Made by a program: the position numbers and the translations under genes
The notes under the pieces: generated by a model
Told to the model about the DNA's origin: nothing
The model's input: only the letters and a program-made list of their open reading frames with translations
The model's database searches: none
Origin: an uncultured Acetatifactor sp.
GTDB lineage: Bacteria; Bacillota; Clostridia; Lachnospirales; Lachnospiraceae
Direction of reading: 5' to 3'
Assembly (NCBI GenBank): GCA_910584865.1
Contig: CAJUCE010000026.1
Span: 3,472-67,471 of the forward strand
Length of the DNA: 64,000 bases
In this document: piece after piece, positions 20,677 through 31,090 of the stretch
Numbering within the stretch: the first letter of the stretch is position 1
How the letters are laid out: every line of letters begins with the position of its first letter

Positions 20677-21372
20677 CTAGGACAGCGTCTTCACCTCCCT
20701 TCTGTCGTCACTTATGATTCGTCCATCCTGGATGGTGATGATGCGTTCCGCTTCCAGGGCCACTTTCTCATCGTGGGTGATGAGCAGGATGGTTTGTTCC
20801 AGGCTGCGGTTGGAGAGCTTAAGCATGTCCATGATTTCCCTGGAATTTTTCTGGTCCAGGTTCCCGGTGGGCTCGTCCGCCAGCAGCAGCGCGGGGCGAT
20901 AGATCAGGGAGCGGGCAATGGCGACTCTCTGCTGCTGGCCGCCGGACAATTGGTTGGGCAGCGCATCCAGACGGTCGGAGATGCCCAGGGTGTGAACGAC
21001 TTTTTCGAAATATTCCTGATTGGGTTTCTTTTTGTCCAGGGCCAGGGGCATTAATATGTTTTTCCGCACGGTGAGGGTAGGGATCAGGTTATAGAACTGG
21101 TACACCAGTCCCACCTTTCTGCGCCGGAAGATTGCCGCCTGAGTCTGGTTCAGTCCGGACAGGTCTGTCCCGTCTATGATGGCTTTACCTGCCGTGGGCT
21201 TGTCCACGCTGCCCAGGATGTGCAGCAGGGTGGATTTGCCTGAGCCGGATGAGCCGACGATTGCTACAAATTCTCCTTTGGCCACGGACAGGTCTATTCC
21301 GTCCAATGCCGTTACCTGGTTTGTGCCGGTGCCGTATACCTTGCGTATGCCCTGGCATTTTAAAATTTCCAT
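20677..21372 (-). CDS. ABC transporter ATP-binding protein (LolD/MacB-like)
   Basis: [27 protein letters not shown]. Confidence 0.95.
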   Translation of the reverse strand: MEILKCQGIRKVYGTGTNQVTALDGIDLSVAKGEFVAIVGSSGSGKSTLLHILGSVDKPTAGKAIIDGTDLSGLNQTQAAIFRRRKVGLVYQFYNLIPTLTVRKNILMPLALDKKKPNQEYFEKVVHTLGISDRLDALPNQLSGGQQQRVAIARSLIYRPALLLADEPTGNLDQKNSREIMDMLKLSNRSLEQTILLITHDEKVALEAERIITIQDGRIISDDRREVKTLS

Positions 21373-21455
21373 TTTGATCTGCTCCTTTCGTAGCTTTGGG
21401 ATTTATTATTTCTCCCATATTTTCTTCTTACAGTATAGCAAATCAAAATGACAGT

Positions 21456-22778
21456 TCAGTGACTGTAGAAGCGGATTTCGAAAAGAGCGCCTCCGCCCGG
21501 CTTGTTTCTCGCCCGGAGGGTACCGTTTTGACGCTCGATAATCTCCCTGGACAGGGCCAATCCGATGCCGATACCGCCTTTGGCAGCGTTTTGCCCCCGG
21601 TAGAAGCGTTTGAAGAGATGGGGGATGTCTTCCCCGGCAAATCCCGCACCCTCGTCCCAGATCAGGATTTCCGTGTACAGGGGATTCTGCTCATAGGCAC
21701 AGTGGATTGCGCCGCCGTTTGTCTGTTCTGCGCAGTTTTTCATCAGGTTCATGACTGCCTCCATGGTCCAGTCCAGGTCCGCCATGACCATCATGCCGCC
21801 CTGCTCCGGTATCTCCACAGAGACGTCGGATGCGGCAAATATTTCCTGCAGGTTGTCTGCGGCAAGGACAAGCAGGGTGTAGACATCCGTTTCTTCTTTT
21901 TTCAGGGACAGGGTTCCGGCATCAATGCGGGACAGGAGCAGCAGGGCCTCCTCCAGGCGGGTCAGGCGCAGGAGCTGTCTCTTTATCTGTGTCAGGTGGT
22001 TCCGGAATAAATCGGAGAAACGTAATTCTGCCGCCGTCTGTTCAGGTTTGCCAAATGTATCCGAAGTTTTTTGCGGAGCGGAAATATCAGATGCTTCTGA
22101 AGCGACGCAGGAACTTTTTTCCATAATGCAGGAATTTGTTCCGGCAGCGTCATGCTCCATCATCTGGACAGACAGGGAAATGGCGGTGATGGGCGTCTTA
22201 ATCTGATGGGCGATGTTGGACAGGTTTTCCGCGAATCCGTTCTTCGTCTGGATAGCGGCCTCCTTCGCCTGATAGAGGCAGGTCACGGTCTTATATATTG
22301 CATCCTCCAGTTTCGAAAAGGCATCCTCACCTGAGGCGGCGAGAATGGGGGCACGGCCATTGTCCGCCAGTTCCAGATATTCTGCCAGAGACTGGATGCG
22401 GCGGTTCTCCGTTTGGCTACGGTATAGCCAGGTGCAGGCGAAAAGCAGGCCGCCTGCGAGAAAACCTGCTGCGATACACCAGAAGCCCTTCCTGTAAGGA
22501 GTGCCTGCAAAATCGGAAATCCGGTATCCCATGGATTTTAGAAGGTCTTTTGGTACTGTGCCGTGGGTATCCTCTTTCGTATATTCCTTCAGGGCTGCTG
22601 CAATGATTTTCGTTGTCCCCGGTTCCTGCTCCGCTATCTCTACGCAGACTGCGTTTATGATTTCAAATTGTATCCGGCTGTAATGGAAGGTAAAGAGCAG
22701 CACGGAGACAGCGGCGGCAAGCAGGCTTACGGACACAGTCAGTCCAAGTGTAATTCGGATATTCTTCCGTCCGTTCAT
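21456..22778 (-). CDS. Sensor histidine kinase
   Basis: Two TM segments, AHQIKTP H-box, NLMKN, DEGAG, GIGLAL. Confidence 0.92.
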   Translation of the reverse strand: MNGRKNIRITLGLTVSVSLLAAAVSVLLFTFHYSRIQFEIINAVCVEIAEQEPGTTKIIAAALKEYTKEDTHGTVPKDLLKSMGYRISDFAGTPYRKGFWCIAAGFLAGGLLFACTWLYRSQTENRRIQSLAEYLELADNGRAPILAASGEDAFSKLEDAIYKTVTCLYQAKEAAIQTKNGFAENLSNIAHQIKTPITAISLSVQMMEHDAAGTNSCIMEKSSCVASEASDISAPQKTSDTFGKPEQTAAELRFSDLFRNHLTQIKRQLLRLTRLEEALLLLSRIDAGTLSLKKEETDVYTLLVLAADNLQEIFAASDVSVEIPEQGGMMVMADLDWTMEAVMNLMKNCAEQTNGGAIHCAYEQNPLYTEILIWDEGAGFAGEDIPHLFKRFYRGQNAAKGGIGIGLALSREIIERQNGTLRARNKPGGGALFEIRFYSH

Positions 22779-23446
22779 AGGGTATCCTCCATCCTGTAGC
22801 CGACACTTCTCACGGTTTTCAGGCAGGCGGGATGACGGAGTTTTTCCCGCAGCCGCTTGACGGTGACCGTCAGCGTGTTGTCGTTCACATAGTTACCGTT
22901 TACATCCCATACCTGTGCCAGGATTTTCTCACGGGTCAGGGTTTTTCCCTTGTTCTGCAGCAGGTATAAAAGCAGTTCATATTCCGCGGCGCTTAAGAGG
23001 ATTTCCTCCGAATGGCAGGTAACCGCACGGCGGTTTAAGTCCATTCGGATGCCGTCACAGGAAAGATACTGCTGCGCCACATTGCCGGTTCTGCGCAGGA
23101 GCGCAAGGATCCGGGAGTGCAGCACTTCCAGTTCAAAAGGTTTGACTACATAATCGTCCGCGCCATCCCGGAAGCCGGACACAATGTGGGCAGCGTCTCC
23201 CCGGACGGTGAGGAAAATGACGGGCAGCTCCTTCCAGTTCTCCCGGATCCACCGGCACAGCCTGTCCCCATGGCCGTCCGGCATGTTCCAGTCCAACAGC
23301 ACAAGAGTGGGTACATGATGGCCCAGTGCCTGCCTGGCCTGGGCAAGGGTGGCGCAGACGGTTACCCGGAAGGATTTCTGCTCCAGGTATTCCTTTACGG
23401 CAGCCGCGATGTCAGGATCGTCTTCGATATAGTATAATTCAATCAT
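22775..23446 (-). CDS. OmpR-family response regulator
   Basis: IEDD, LLDWNMPD, DDYVVKPF, TVRSVGY. Confidence 0.95.
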   Translation of the reverse strand: MIELYYIEDDPDIAAAVKEYLEQKSFRVTVCATLAQARQALGHHVPTLVLLDWNMPDGHGDRLCRWIRENWKELPVIFLTVRGDAAHIVSGFRDGADDYVVKPFELEVLHSRILALLRRTGNVAQQYLSCDGIRMDLNRRAVTCHSEEILLSAAEYELLLYLLQNKGKTLTREKILAQVWDVNGNYVNDNTLTVTVKRLREKLRHPACLKTVRSVGYRMEDTL

Positions 23447-23517
23447 GGTTGTTTTCCTTTTTCTTTATTCTGATAGAATCTAATATACAGTTTAATGTTG
23501 GAATTGAAAAGGGGAAA

Positions 23518-23862
23518 ATAAAAAGTGGCTTTGGGCGGTATGATGTGCTGTTGGAACCGAGACGATGTGCCGGAGATACGATATTATATAATGGCGAAAG
23601 AATTGCAATTACTAATAAAGGTGAAAGGGCTGTAGTTACAAATAATCGGGTAGACGCGATTATTATAGAATTCAAAGTAAATAACCCGATAAAAGAGAAG
23701 ACCTTGGAAGACACGGTGCAGGCGGCTCCGAGGCAGATTGAAGAGAAGGAGTATGCTGCAGTATTGTTGGAAAGAGGGTTTTCGGAAAACAAAATTCATA
23801 AATACGGTTTTACGTTTATCGGGAAACAGGTGCTGATAGGAGCTGCGGATTCGAGTCTTTGA
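23518..23862 (+). pseudogene. C-terminal PD-(D/E)XK nuclease fragment of an AAA-ATPase-like protein
   Basis: SGFGRYDVLLEP...IIIEFK...QIEEKEY...KYGFTF; no ATPase part or credible start. Confidence 0.75.
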
Positions 23863-23881
23863 AGCATGCCGTCTGTTATAG

Positions 23882-25282
23882 TTATGCTTCAAAGTCATGA
23901 AACAGAACCACATCGTCACGCTCTGCCGCAAGGGCCTGTAGTTCATCGGTGAAGCCTTCCGCACTGAACAGCACATACCATGTCCTGCGTCTTTTCTGTT
24001 CCCAGGGAACATGCTCCGCTTTTTCTTCCAGTTCCCGCAGGATATTACTGCCCATCAGTTCCCGCCAGTATTTGCACTCTCCCAGAATCAGATTTTTTCC
24101 TTCTGGATCCACTGCCGCAATATCGATTTCTGTTTTTGCGTCCCAATAGCGTCCCAGTTTTGAAAAATGGAACGGCCATGTATCCTCTGCGTTCAGCTGC
24201 CACATTCTTTCGCGGCATACATCCTCATAGACAAAGGAAATATGGCGGCTGACCAGGGTCTCGCGTATCTTTTTCGCAACTATCTGGCTATGGCCGCTTT
24301 CAATAAAGCTCTTGTTCGGGTATACAAAGGCAAACCAGAAACGCAGATAATTGTCTTTGATTTTATAAAGTCCTTTTTTGCTTTTTTCAGGAGTGTCCTC
24401 TGTAACAGGAACCTCCCGCTCCACAATATCCAGATCCATTAAGGTTTTCAGATACTTGGTGAGACTTGTGGATTTGATTTCCAGTACCGTGGATATGGCG
24501 GATAGCTTACTGTTGCCGGCGGCGATCGTCTTTATAATGGAAAAATAGCTTCCCACTTCACTGACTTCCTGCTGCAGCAGAAAATATGGTTCATCGTACA
24601 GATATCCCGAACGGTTTAACACGCATTCTTCAATGGCTTCATAGATGTCCCCGCTTCCGGAAAACAGCTCAATATATTTCGGGACTCCGCCTGTTACCGC
24701 ATACCTTTCGATCAGTTCTCTCCAGGGCTTTTCCGGATAAAATTTGTGATAGTGTTCAAAGGGAATCTGTTTCAGGCGTATCTGTGCTGTCCGCCTGCCA
24801 TACAGGGGACTGCCGTATGCAAGAGTCTGAGATTCCATCATAGATATGAGGGAGCCGCAAAGGATGACCATAACAGATCTGTCCTTCAATACCTCCTCCC
24901 AGATTCTCTGAAAAACAGACGGAAATGCAGGGTTCGCCTTGCCAAGATATTGAAATTCATCCAAGACAATACAGGGTTTTGTGCCAAAGCCTTTGTCCAT
25001 TATGGCTTTAAAAAGAATGTCCCAATTGTTCACGGCTGCATTTCGCAGGAGATCGTTGTCAAGGAACTCCGCAGCCTTCTCCTGAAAGGCAGAACGGTTT
25101 TGGGATTCAGATTCCTCACTGGCAAGAAAATACAGGGCTTTTTTGTCCTTGATAAACTCGGAAATCAGGGTGGTCTTTCCAACCCTGCGCCTTCCGTAAA
25201 GAATGACAAGGGAGCTTCCGTTCCTGTCATATTCTGTTTGCAGGGTTTCCATTTCCTGTTCGCGGTCTATAAAGTGTTCCAT
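23882..25282 (-). CDS. ATPase with wHTH and DUF234 PD-(D/E)XK-like C-terminus
   Basis: FIDREQE, YGRRRVGKT, LDEFQY, TGGVPKY, EIDIAA...GECKY; GGAGG RBS. Confidence 0.9.
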   Translation of the reverse strand: MEHFIDREQEMETLQTEYDRNGSSLVILYGRRRVGKTTLISEFIKDKKALYFLASEESESQNRSAFQEKAAEFLDNDLLRNAAVNNWDILFKAIMDKGFGTKPCIVLDEFQYLGKANPAFPSVFQRIWEEVLKDRSVMVILCGSLISMMESQTLAYGSPLYGRRTAQIRLKQIPFEHYHKFYPEKPWRELIERYAVTGGVPKYIELFSGSGDIYEAIEECVLNRSGYLYDEPYFLLQQEVSEVGSYFSIIKTIAAGNSKLSAISTVLEIKSTSLTKYLKTLMDLDIVEREVPVTEDTPEKSKKGLYKIKDNYLRFWFAFVYPNKSFIESGHSQIVAKKIRETLVSRHISFVYEDVCRERMWQLNAEDTWPFHFSKLGRYWDAKTEIDIAAVDPEGKNLILGECKYWRELMGSNILRELEEKAEHVPWEQKRRRTWYVLFSAEGFTDELQALAAERDDVVLFHDFEA

Positions 25283-25304
25283 AATACCTCCCTGTTTTCT
25301 TTTA

Positions 25305-25337
25305 TTATACTTCAAATTATTATAATTTCAAGTATAA
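25305..25337. promoter_or_regulatory. Near-perfect 33-bp palindrome, candidate operator
   Basis: TTATACTTCAAATTAT-T-ATAATTTCAAGTATAA, one mismatch, directly upstream of the ATPase RBS. Confidence 0.55.
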
Positions 25338-25340
25338 ATA

Positions 25341-26924
25341 TCACAGATTATCAAACACCACCGTCTCTTTCTCCAGTTCTGCCACAACCTCCTGATTGAC
25401 GCCCATGCGCCGGGTGATGTCCTCCATGTCGGCGGCCAGGCTTCTGGTGCTGCCTGCCATGCCTGCAATGCCGGACGCGCTTTCATCGATGGCTTTGTTG
25501 ATGGTGCCGATGGAATCCGCAATGCCGGATATGGAGTGGTTCAGGTTCTGGGTCTGCCCGTGGAACTCATCCATGGTACGGCGGATGTAGGCGGCATCTT
25601 CCTTATACTGGTGGCCGGATTCCACGAATGTCTGGAATTCCTTCAAAACAGATTGACTCATATAGTCAATCATCTGCCGCGCATGATCGGAGAGATTGTA
25701 GACGGAGGCGGTGACCACATCGTTGATTTCCTGGATGCGGGCCGCGGTTTCCTGGGTGGAATTGGATAGTTCCCGGATTTCCCGGGCCACCATGGCAAAG
25801 CCCTTTCCCGCGTCTCCCGCGTTGGCGGCTTCCACGGACGCGTTCAGGGAGATGAGCCTGGTCTGCTGGGCGATGGTGAGGATATCGCCGGTGAGGGATT
25901 TGATCTGGTTCACGCTTCTGCTTTTTTCGATGGCATCGTTGAGGGAATGTAGGATTTCCTCTGTCTTGGCCCCGGCGGCTTGTGCGCTGTTCTGGGCGGA
26001 TTGCTGCATGTCGTCCGCCCGGGCGTTCATCTGGGCGGTGTAGGCGGTAATGTTGCTGCATTCCTCCGTGATGGAGCTGACCTCCTGGCGGACATTCCCT
26101 GCGCCCTCGTTGATGGCGGATACATTTCCGGCAACCTCCTGGAATGCGGTGGAAAGCTGTCCTGCCAGGGCGGAAAGGCCTGCGGCGCTTTTCCGGGAGG
26201 CATGGGTTTTCTTCAGCACTTCCCCCGTCATGCCGTTGATGCGTCCCGAGCTTTCCTGGATTGTCTTCAGTATATTTTTGATGGGGATCACGACGTAAAC
26301 GGAAATCAGCCGGAAATCAGCCAGTACCAGAAGGATACAGGCAAGGGCGGCTGTGATGCCCACCGCCAGGGAGATCAGGTATACTGTGGAGAGATGGGAT
26401 CTGGCCTCCCGGGTCTGGGCGTTGAAGGATGCGTTCAGGGCGTCGATATCCGCTCTCATGGCATCGGCGTACTCCGCCACATCGCCGTTGGCCAGGGCAT
26501 AGGCGTCCTGGGTCTTGTGGCCTGCACTGGCGCATACCAGGTGGACGAGGGCATGTTTGAATTCGGCGTAATTGTCCAGAAGGGATTCGTACCGGGCCCT
26601 GTCCTTCTGTATGACAAAAGCCTCGTACTCCGAGAGCCTGTCGTCCAGAAGCGATTCCTCTTCCTTGATTTGTTGGACCAGGAGGATCATGGTATTATAA
26701 TCTGTAGCTACAATGTGGCTTAAGGCCATCTTGTGAATTTCCATGGAGTCCTGGCAGATTTCGGCCAGCCGCTCCTTGCCTTCCATATAGTCGTCCGCGA
26801 TGTTGGAGGCGCTTGCGTTTACGTTGCGGATATTGAGGACGGACAGGATGTTGGACAGCAGCGCCACGATGCCAAGCAGGGCGATGGGGAGGATCAGGCG
26901 GTGTTTTAAGCTGATATTTTTCAT
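25341..26924 (-). CDS. Methyl-accepting chemotaxis protein with four-helix-bundle sensor
   Basis: Two TM segments; IAQQTRLISLNASVEAANAGDAGKGFAMVAREIRELS hairpin tip. Confidence 0.92.
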   Translation of the reverse strand: MKNISLKHRLILPIALLGIVALLSNILSVLNIRNVNASASNIADDYMEGKERLAEICQDSMEIHKMALSHIVATDYNTMILLVQQIKEEESLLDDRLSEYEAFVIQKDRARYESLLDNYAEFKHALVHLVCASAGHKTQDAYALANGDVAEYADAMRADIDALNASFNAQTREARSHLSTVYLISLAVGITAALACILLVLADFRLISVYVVIPIKNILKTIQESSGRINGMTGEVLKKTHASRKSAAGLSALAGQLSTAFQEVAGNVSAINEGAGNVRQEVSSITEECSNITAYTAQMNARADDMQQSAQNSAQAAGAKTEEILHSLNDAIEKSRSVNQIKSLTGDILTIAQQTRLISLNASVEAANAGDAGKGFAMVAREIRELSNSTQETAARIQEINDVVTASVYNLSDHARQMIDYMSQSVLKEFQTFVESGHQYKEDAAYIRRTMDEFHGQTQNLNHSISGIADSIGTINKAIDESASGIAGMAGSTRSLAADMEDITRRMGVNQEVVAELEKETVVFDNL

Positions 26925-27190
26925 GTTGGGCAGCACTCCTTATTTAACTGTAAATTGATGTATCTATACCGTTCCAAGAGTTCACCGTTTTTGATGACAA
27001 TAGTATGTAATACCGAATGTAATGACTGAAGCAGCAGAAACTGTATGCAGGCAGATCGGGCGTTGTGCAGGCTGTGAAGTCCGAAGCCGGTATTGGGGAA
27101 ACCGTGTATGGACAGCATTAGATTCTACAGGCTGTGAAGCCTGAAGTCGATATTGCGTAAACTGCGCACAGACGGCATGGGAAGATGCGG

Positions 27191-28462
27191 TCATGGCGCA
27201 ATAATGCCTGCAACCATAGTGTCCAGCAGCTCCTGAAGACTTTTTCCGGAAGGGTTTCCCGCCAGAATCTCCTCGGTAAAGTTGGTGACCGGCTCCCAAA
27301 AATTTCCGCCGATGCGTTGCAGGCAGGAGTACTCCGACTGCTCCAGAAGCGCGGCGATGGCAGGGGAAGCCTGAACCTCCCGGGAAGCGGCCGTCTTTTT
27401 ATTGGAAGGCCCCTGCCCTCGCATTTCAAAGCGCAGCTCCTGATTTTCCTCACTGGTAATCCATTCCGCAAGCCTGGCCGCCCAGTCCCTGTGCGGGGAA
27501 TACGCATTCACGCCGATGAGCTTGTAGCCGGAAAAGGATGCCATCTGAACCTGCTGTCCCGCGCAGGCATAGGAAGGCAGTTTTGCGGCCCCGAAGGCAT
27601 CGCCCCAGGCCTCTTCCACGGTTACCGCGTTCCAGGCGCCGCTGATTCCGGCTACGATAGAGCCGTTTTTGACTCCTTCCACAAAACCGGCGTCGTCCGT
27701 GCTCAAAAATCCCGGGTGCCTGGCCATGGTCGTCATGGCTTTTGCCACATCGGTTCCCTTGATGTCGCCTTCCGTGTCGTTCCAGGTACAGTAATTCGTA
27801 ATGCCGTCATCGTTGAGCCCCAGGGTGAGGCCGGTATTGCCGAACAGGGCGTATACATACCATCCGGAAGACCATTCCATGGAAACTTTCCTGCCCGAAT
27901 CTCCGGCAATGTCCAGCATCCTGTCCCAGGAAAGGATGTCTTCCGGAGAGAAATATTCTTTATTATAATATAGAAAATAACCGTTGTCCGCAGTCAGGGG
28001 ATAGGCGTACAGGGTGTCGTTGACACTGGCTGCTGAGACGGCTTCCGGCAGGTTCGCTGCCCGCAGAGCTTCCGCGTTTTCTACAGGATCCAGGGCCCCT
28101 GATGCCACCAGTGTGTTCAGCTGGTCATCCGCAAACGCAAAAACGTCAGCGCCGTTTTCCAGGTCAGCAATCAGCGCATCGGTACAGTGGCTTTCGCTCT
28201 GGGGCTCATATGTAATCCGGAAGTCGGCTTCGCCCCGGTATTTTTCCTGGAATTCGTCTAAGATCCGGTTTAGAAGTTCTTCATCCTCGGCCGCGCCCCA
28301 GACCGTCAGCTCCACCGGGCCGGAGGTGGGGGAAGAAAAATTTTCTCCATCGGAAAGAATTTCTCCGTTGGAAGGGGATGAATTTTCTTCGCCTCCGCAT
28401 CCGCACAGAGAGGCGGTCAGCAGAAAGAGGGCGGGAAGGAATAAGTGGAATTTTCGTTTCAT
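27191..28462 (-). CDS. Extracellular sugar-type solute-binding lipoprotein
   Basis: Lipobox LCGC, LTVWG, ADVFAFADDQ, LYAYP, LYYNK, SGAW. Confidence 0.88.
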   Translation of the reverse strand: MKRKFHLFLPALFLLTASLCGCGGEENSSPSNGEILSDGENFSSPTSGPVELTVWGAAEDEELLNRILDEFQEKYRGEADFRITYEPQSESHCTDALIADLENGADVFAFADDQLNTLVASGALDPVENAEALRAANLPEAVSAASVNDTLYAYPLTADNGYFLYYNKEYFSPEDILSWDRMLDIAGDSGRKVSMEWSSGWYVYALFGNTGLTLGLNDDGITNYCTWNDTEGDIKGTDVAKAMTTMARHPGFLSTDDAGFVEGVKNGSIVAGISGAWNAVTVEEAWGDAFGAAKLPSYACAGQQVQMASFSGYKLIGVNAYSPHRDWAARLAEWITSEENQELRFEMRGQGPSNKKTAASREVQASPAIAALLEQSEYSCLQRIGGNFWEPVTNFTEEILAGNPSGKSLQELLDTMVAGIIAP

Positions 28463-28948
28463 GGTATTCTCCGTGTATATAGCATATTTTATGTACTATT
28501 TTAACATTATTTCAGATTGTTTGCAATTATTTTTCCTTTTGCGGAGTTCTTTGTGGGCCTCTTTTGCGAGGCCCTTTTACGAGACCCTCTGGGACAGGCC
28601 GCTGTCAAGCCAGCCGCTTCGATTGCAAGGCCGCCTGATTGGCTGCCCGGGATTGTTCATGCAAAATGCGCACGGAAACGCCTTGCGGAGGCACCGGGTG
28701 CACAGTAACTTTGTCACTTTATGCAAAATCGGATAATGGAAATCACTGTACAAATCCTCCCAATTCAATACAGTCCGGATATCCATTGTAAAGAACCGGA
28801 AAAAGTTATATAATCAAAGATGTAAATCAAGATTTGGGGAAACGATTCGAAAAATTTCCGTATGGCGGAAAACGCTTTGTCACTGGATTGCAGCACAGGG
28901 CTTCGGTATTTTGAAAAACGATGACATATATTTTGCAGGAGGCAGTAC

Positions 28949-29824
28949 ATGAGATACGAGGCCACGGGATGCTTTGATTTGAAGGGCTGCACCGTGGATC
29001 TGCGCCATGTGAATGCAAAGTGCGCAATGCCCTTCGTGTATTCCTCCCTGGGGTACGGCTTCCTGTGGAATATGCCGTCCACGGGAACCTGCGAGCTGGC
29101 CTGTAACCGGACCCGGTGGAGCAGCGACTGCATGCGGCAGATGGATTATGTGGTGATGGGAGGAAGCCCGGCAGAGGTGGCGGAGACCCTGGCGGATCTG
29201 ACCGGGCATGCCCCTATGATGCCGGATTGGTGCATGGGTTTCTGGCAGTCCAGGCTGCGGTATGAAACCCAGGAGGAAGTGCTGCGGGTGGCAAGGCGGT
29301 ACCGGGAACTGGGAATTCCGCTTGACGTAATTGTGATAGATTATTTCCATTGGACAGAGCAGGGGGATTACAAGTTTGATCCCGCCTACTGGCCTGACCC
29401 AAAAGCAATGGCGGAGGAGCTCCATGCCATGGGGGTGAAGCTGATGGTGTCCATGTGGCCCACCGTCAACGAAAAGAGCGAAAATTATGGGGAAATGCTG
29501 GAGTGGAATCTCCTGATCCGGACGGCCAGCGGATCCAACCGAATCTATGAGTTCTACGGCCCCCAGGCGGAGATCGATCCTACCAATCCGGACACCAGGG
29601 AATTCGTCTGGGCGAAGCTGAAGGAAAATTACATAGACCAGGGCGTGGACTGTCTCTGGTTTGACGAGGCGGAGCCGGAGATTCATCCGGAGCATTTCGA
29701 CAATCTGGTGCTTTCTTTGGGAAACGGGGATGAGGTGGGGCTTCTGTATCCCTATTATTATGCGAAACTGGTGTATGACGGCATGAGGGCGGAGCGGCGC
29801 AATGTAGTGTATGGGGGATTGTGA
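28949..29824 (+). pseudogene. GH31 alpha-xylosidase-like fragment
   Basis: GFWQSRLRY, DVIVIDYFHW, WFDEAEPE nucleophile region; ends before the acid/base motif; N-terminus also short. Confidence 0.8.
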
Positions 29825-29973
29825 AAGCCCTGTGCAGATTTCAACTAATAGAAACCGCCGTGCGTGAGCGATTTGAACAGGACAGAATTAGAAATAATCA
29901 TAGGAATGATAAGGGAATCTTTTATATCCATGGAAGACTATAAGACAGAATATTATGACAGGAGGAAAAAGAA

Positions 29974-30937
29974 ATGTTTCTATGTCCCAAATGCAAAAGT
30001 ACAATGACCTTGCCTGCCTGCGGCTGCGGGTACAGGGCTGTGCGCAGGGAAGGTGTGTGGCAGCTGTCAGATATGCCGGATATGGTCACAGACGGAGACG
30101 GGGATAAGTATATCGGCTATGAGCACATCGGAAAAGCTATTCCGGAGCCCGCCGGTATCTGATTGAGGAGAGGGATGCTCTGTTCGCAGGGGAAGTGGCA
30201 GGGATGACCGGGGAGGGCGTCCTGTTGGATCTCGCCTGCGGTGACGGCTGTCTCACAGTGCCCTGCGCTGCGGAAGGCGCCCATATCATCGCGGGGGATA
30301 TTTCCAACAGTATGCTGTCCCTGTTGCAGGAGCGGGCGGCGCACCTGGGGATATCCCTGGAGAATGTGACGCTTTGCCGTATGAATGCTCTTGACATACC
30401 GCATGAATGCGAGAGTGTTGACACGGTTGTGGCGGACAGTGTGCCCCATCTGATTCCAATCCGGAAAAGGTACTCTCCGAAATCTGCCGCGTGCTGAAAC
30501 GGGGAGGGCGCTTTATCTGCAGGGATGACCGTCCCGGGCAGAGCGGGGACAGCGGCTTTGACAACAGCCGATACAACCAGATTGTCAACATCCTATATTC
30601 CGGGTACTGGAGCAGGCTTATGAATCAGGGCATCTCCCCCACAAGGTATAGTTGGAAATTTGACCGGGAGAAGGCCTACGGCAGGTTGTTTGCGGGCAGG
30701 GAGGAGAGGGTTATCAGGAGGGGCGGCGTTTATGAGACAGCCCTGAAGGACGGGTTTCTGCCAAGGTTTGGCAGCCGGGGATTTTTGGATCAGACGAAGG
30801 TGCCCCAGGAGCTGCACCGGGAGGCGATGGAGGGCATGCGGGCAGAATTCCGGGAGCGGTTCGGGGAAGATTTTGCGGAGACCTGTTTCAGGGGTGTGGA
30901 GGATGACCTGGTGATTACCATTTATACGAAGGAGTGA
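29974..30937 (+). pseudogene. Class I SAM methyltransferase with N-terminal Zn ribbon, two frameshifts
   Basis: CPKC..CGC, LDLACGDG, VLKRGG motifs across three frames; breaks at ~30133 and ~30455. Confidence 0.75.
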
Positions 30938-31090
30938 ACAGGGCTGTCGAAAGAAAGGAATTTGGACAAAAAGAAATGCGGTGGAGTCCGGGTGTAGGTA
31001 GGCATGGACGGATATCTTGAAGTCTGCTGCGGGAGTGCTTTATTATAGGGGAGCGGCAAGGATTACAGGGAGAAAAGGAGGAGGTTTGCG

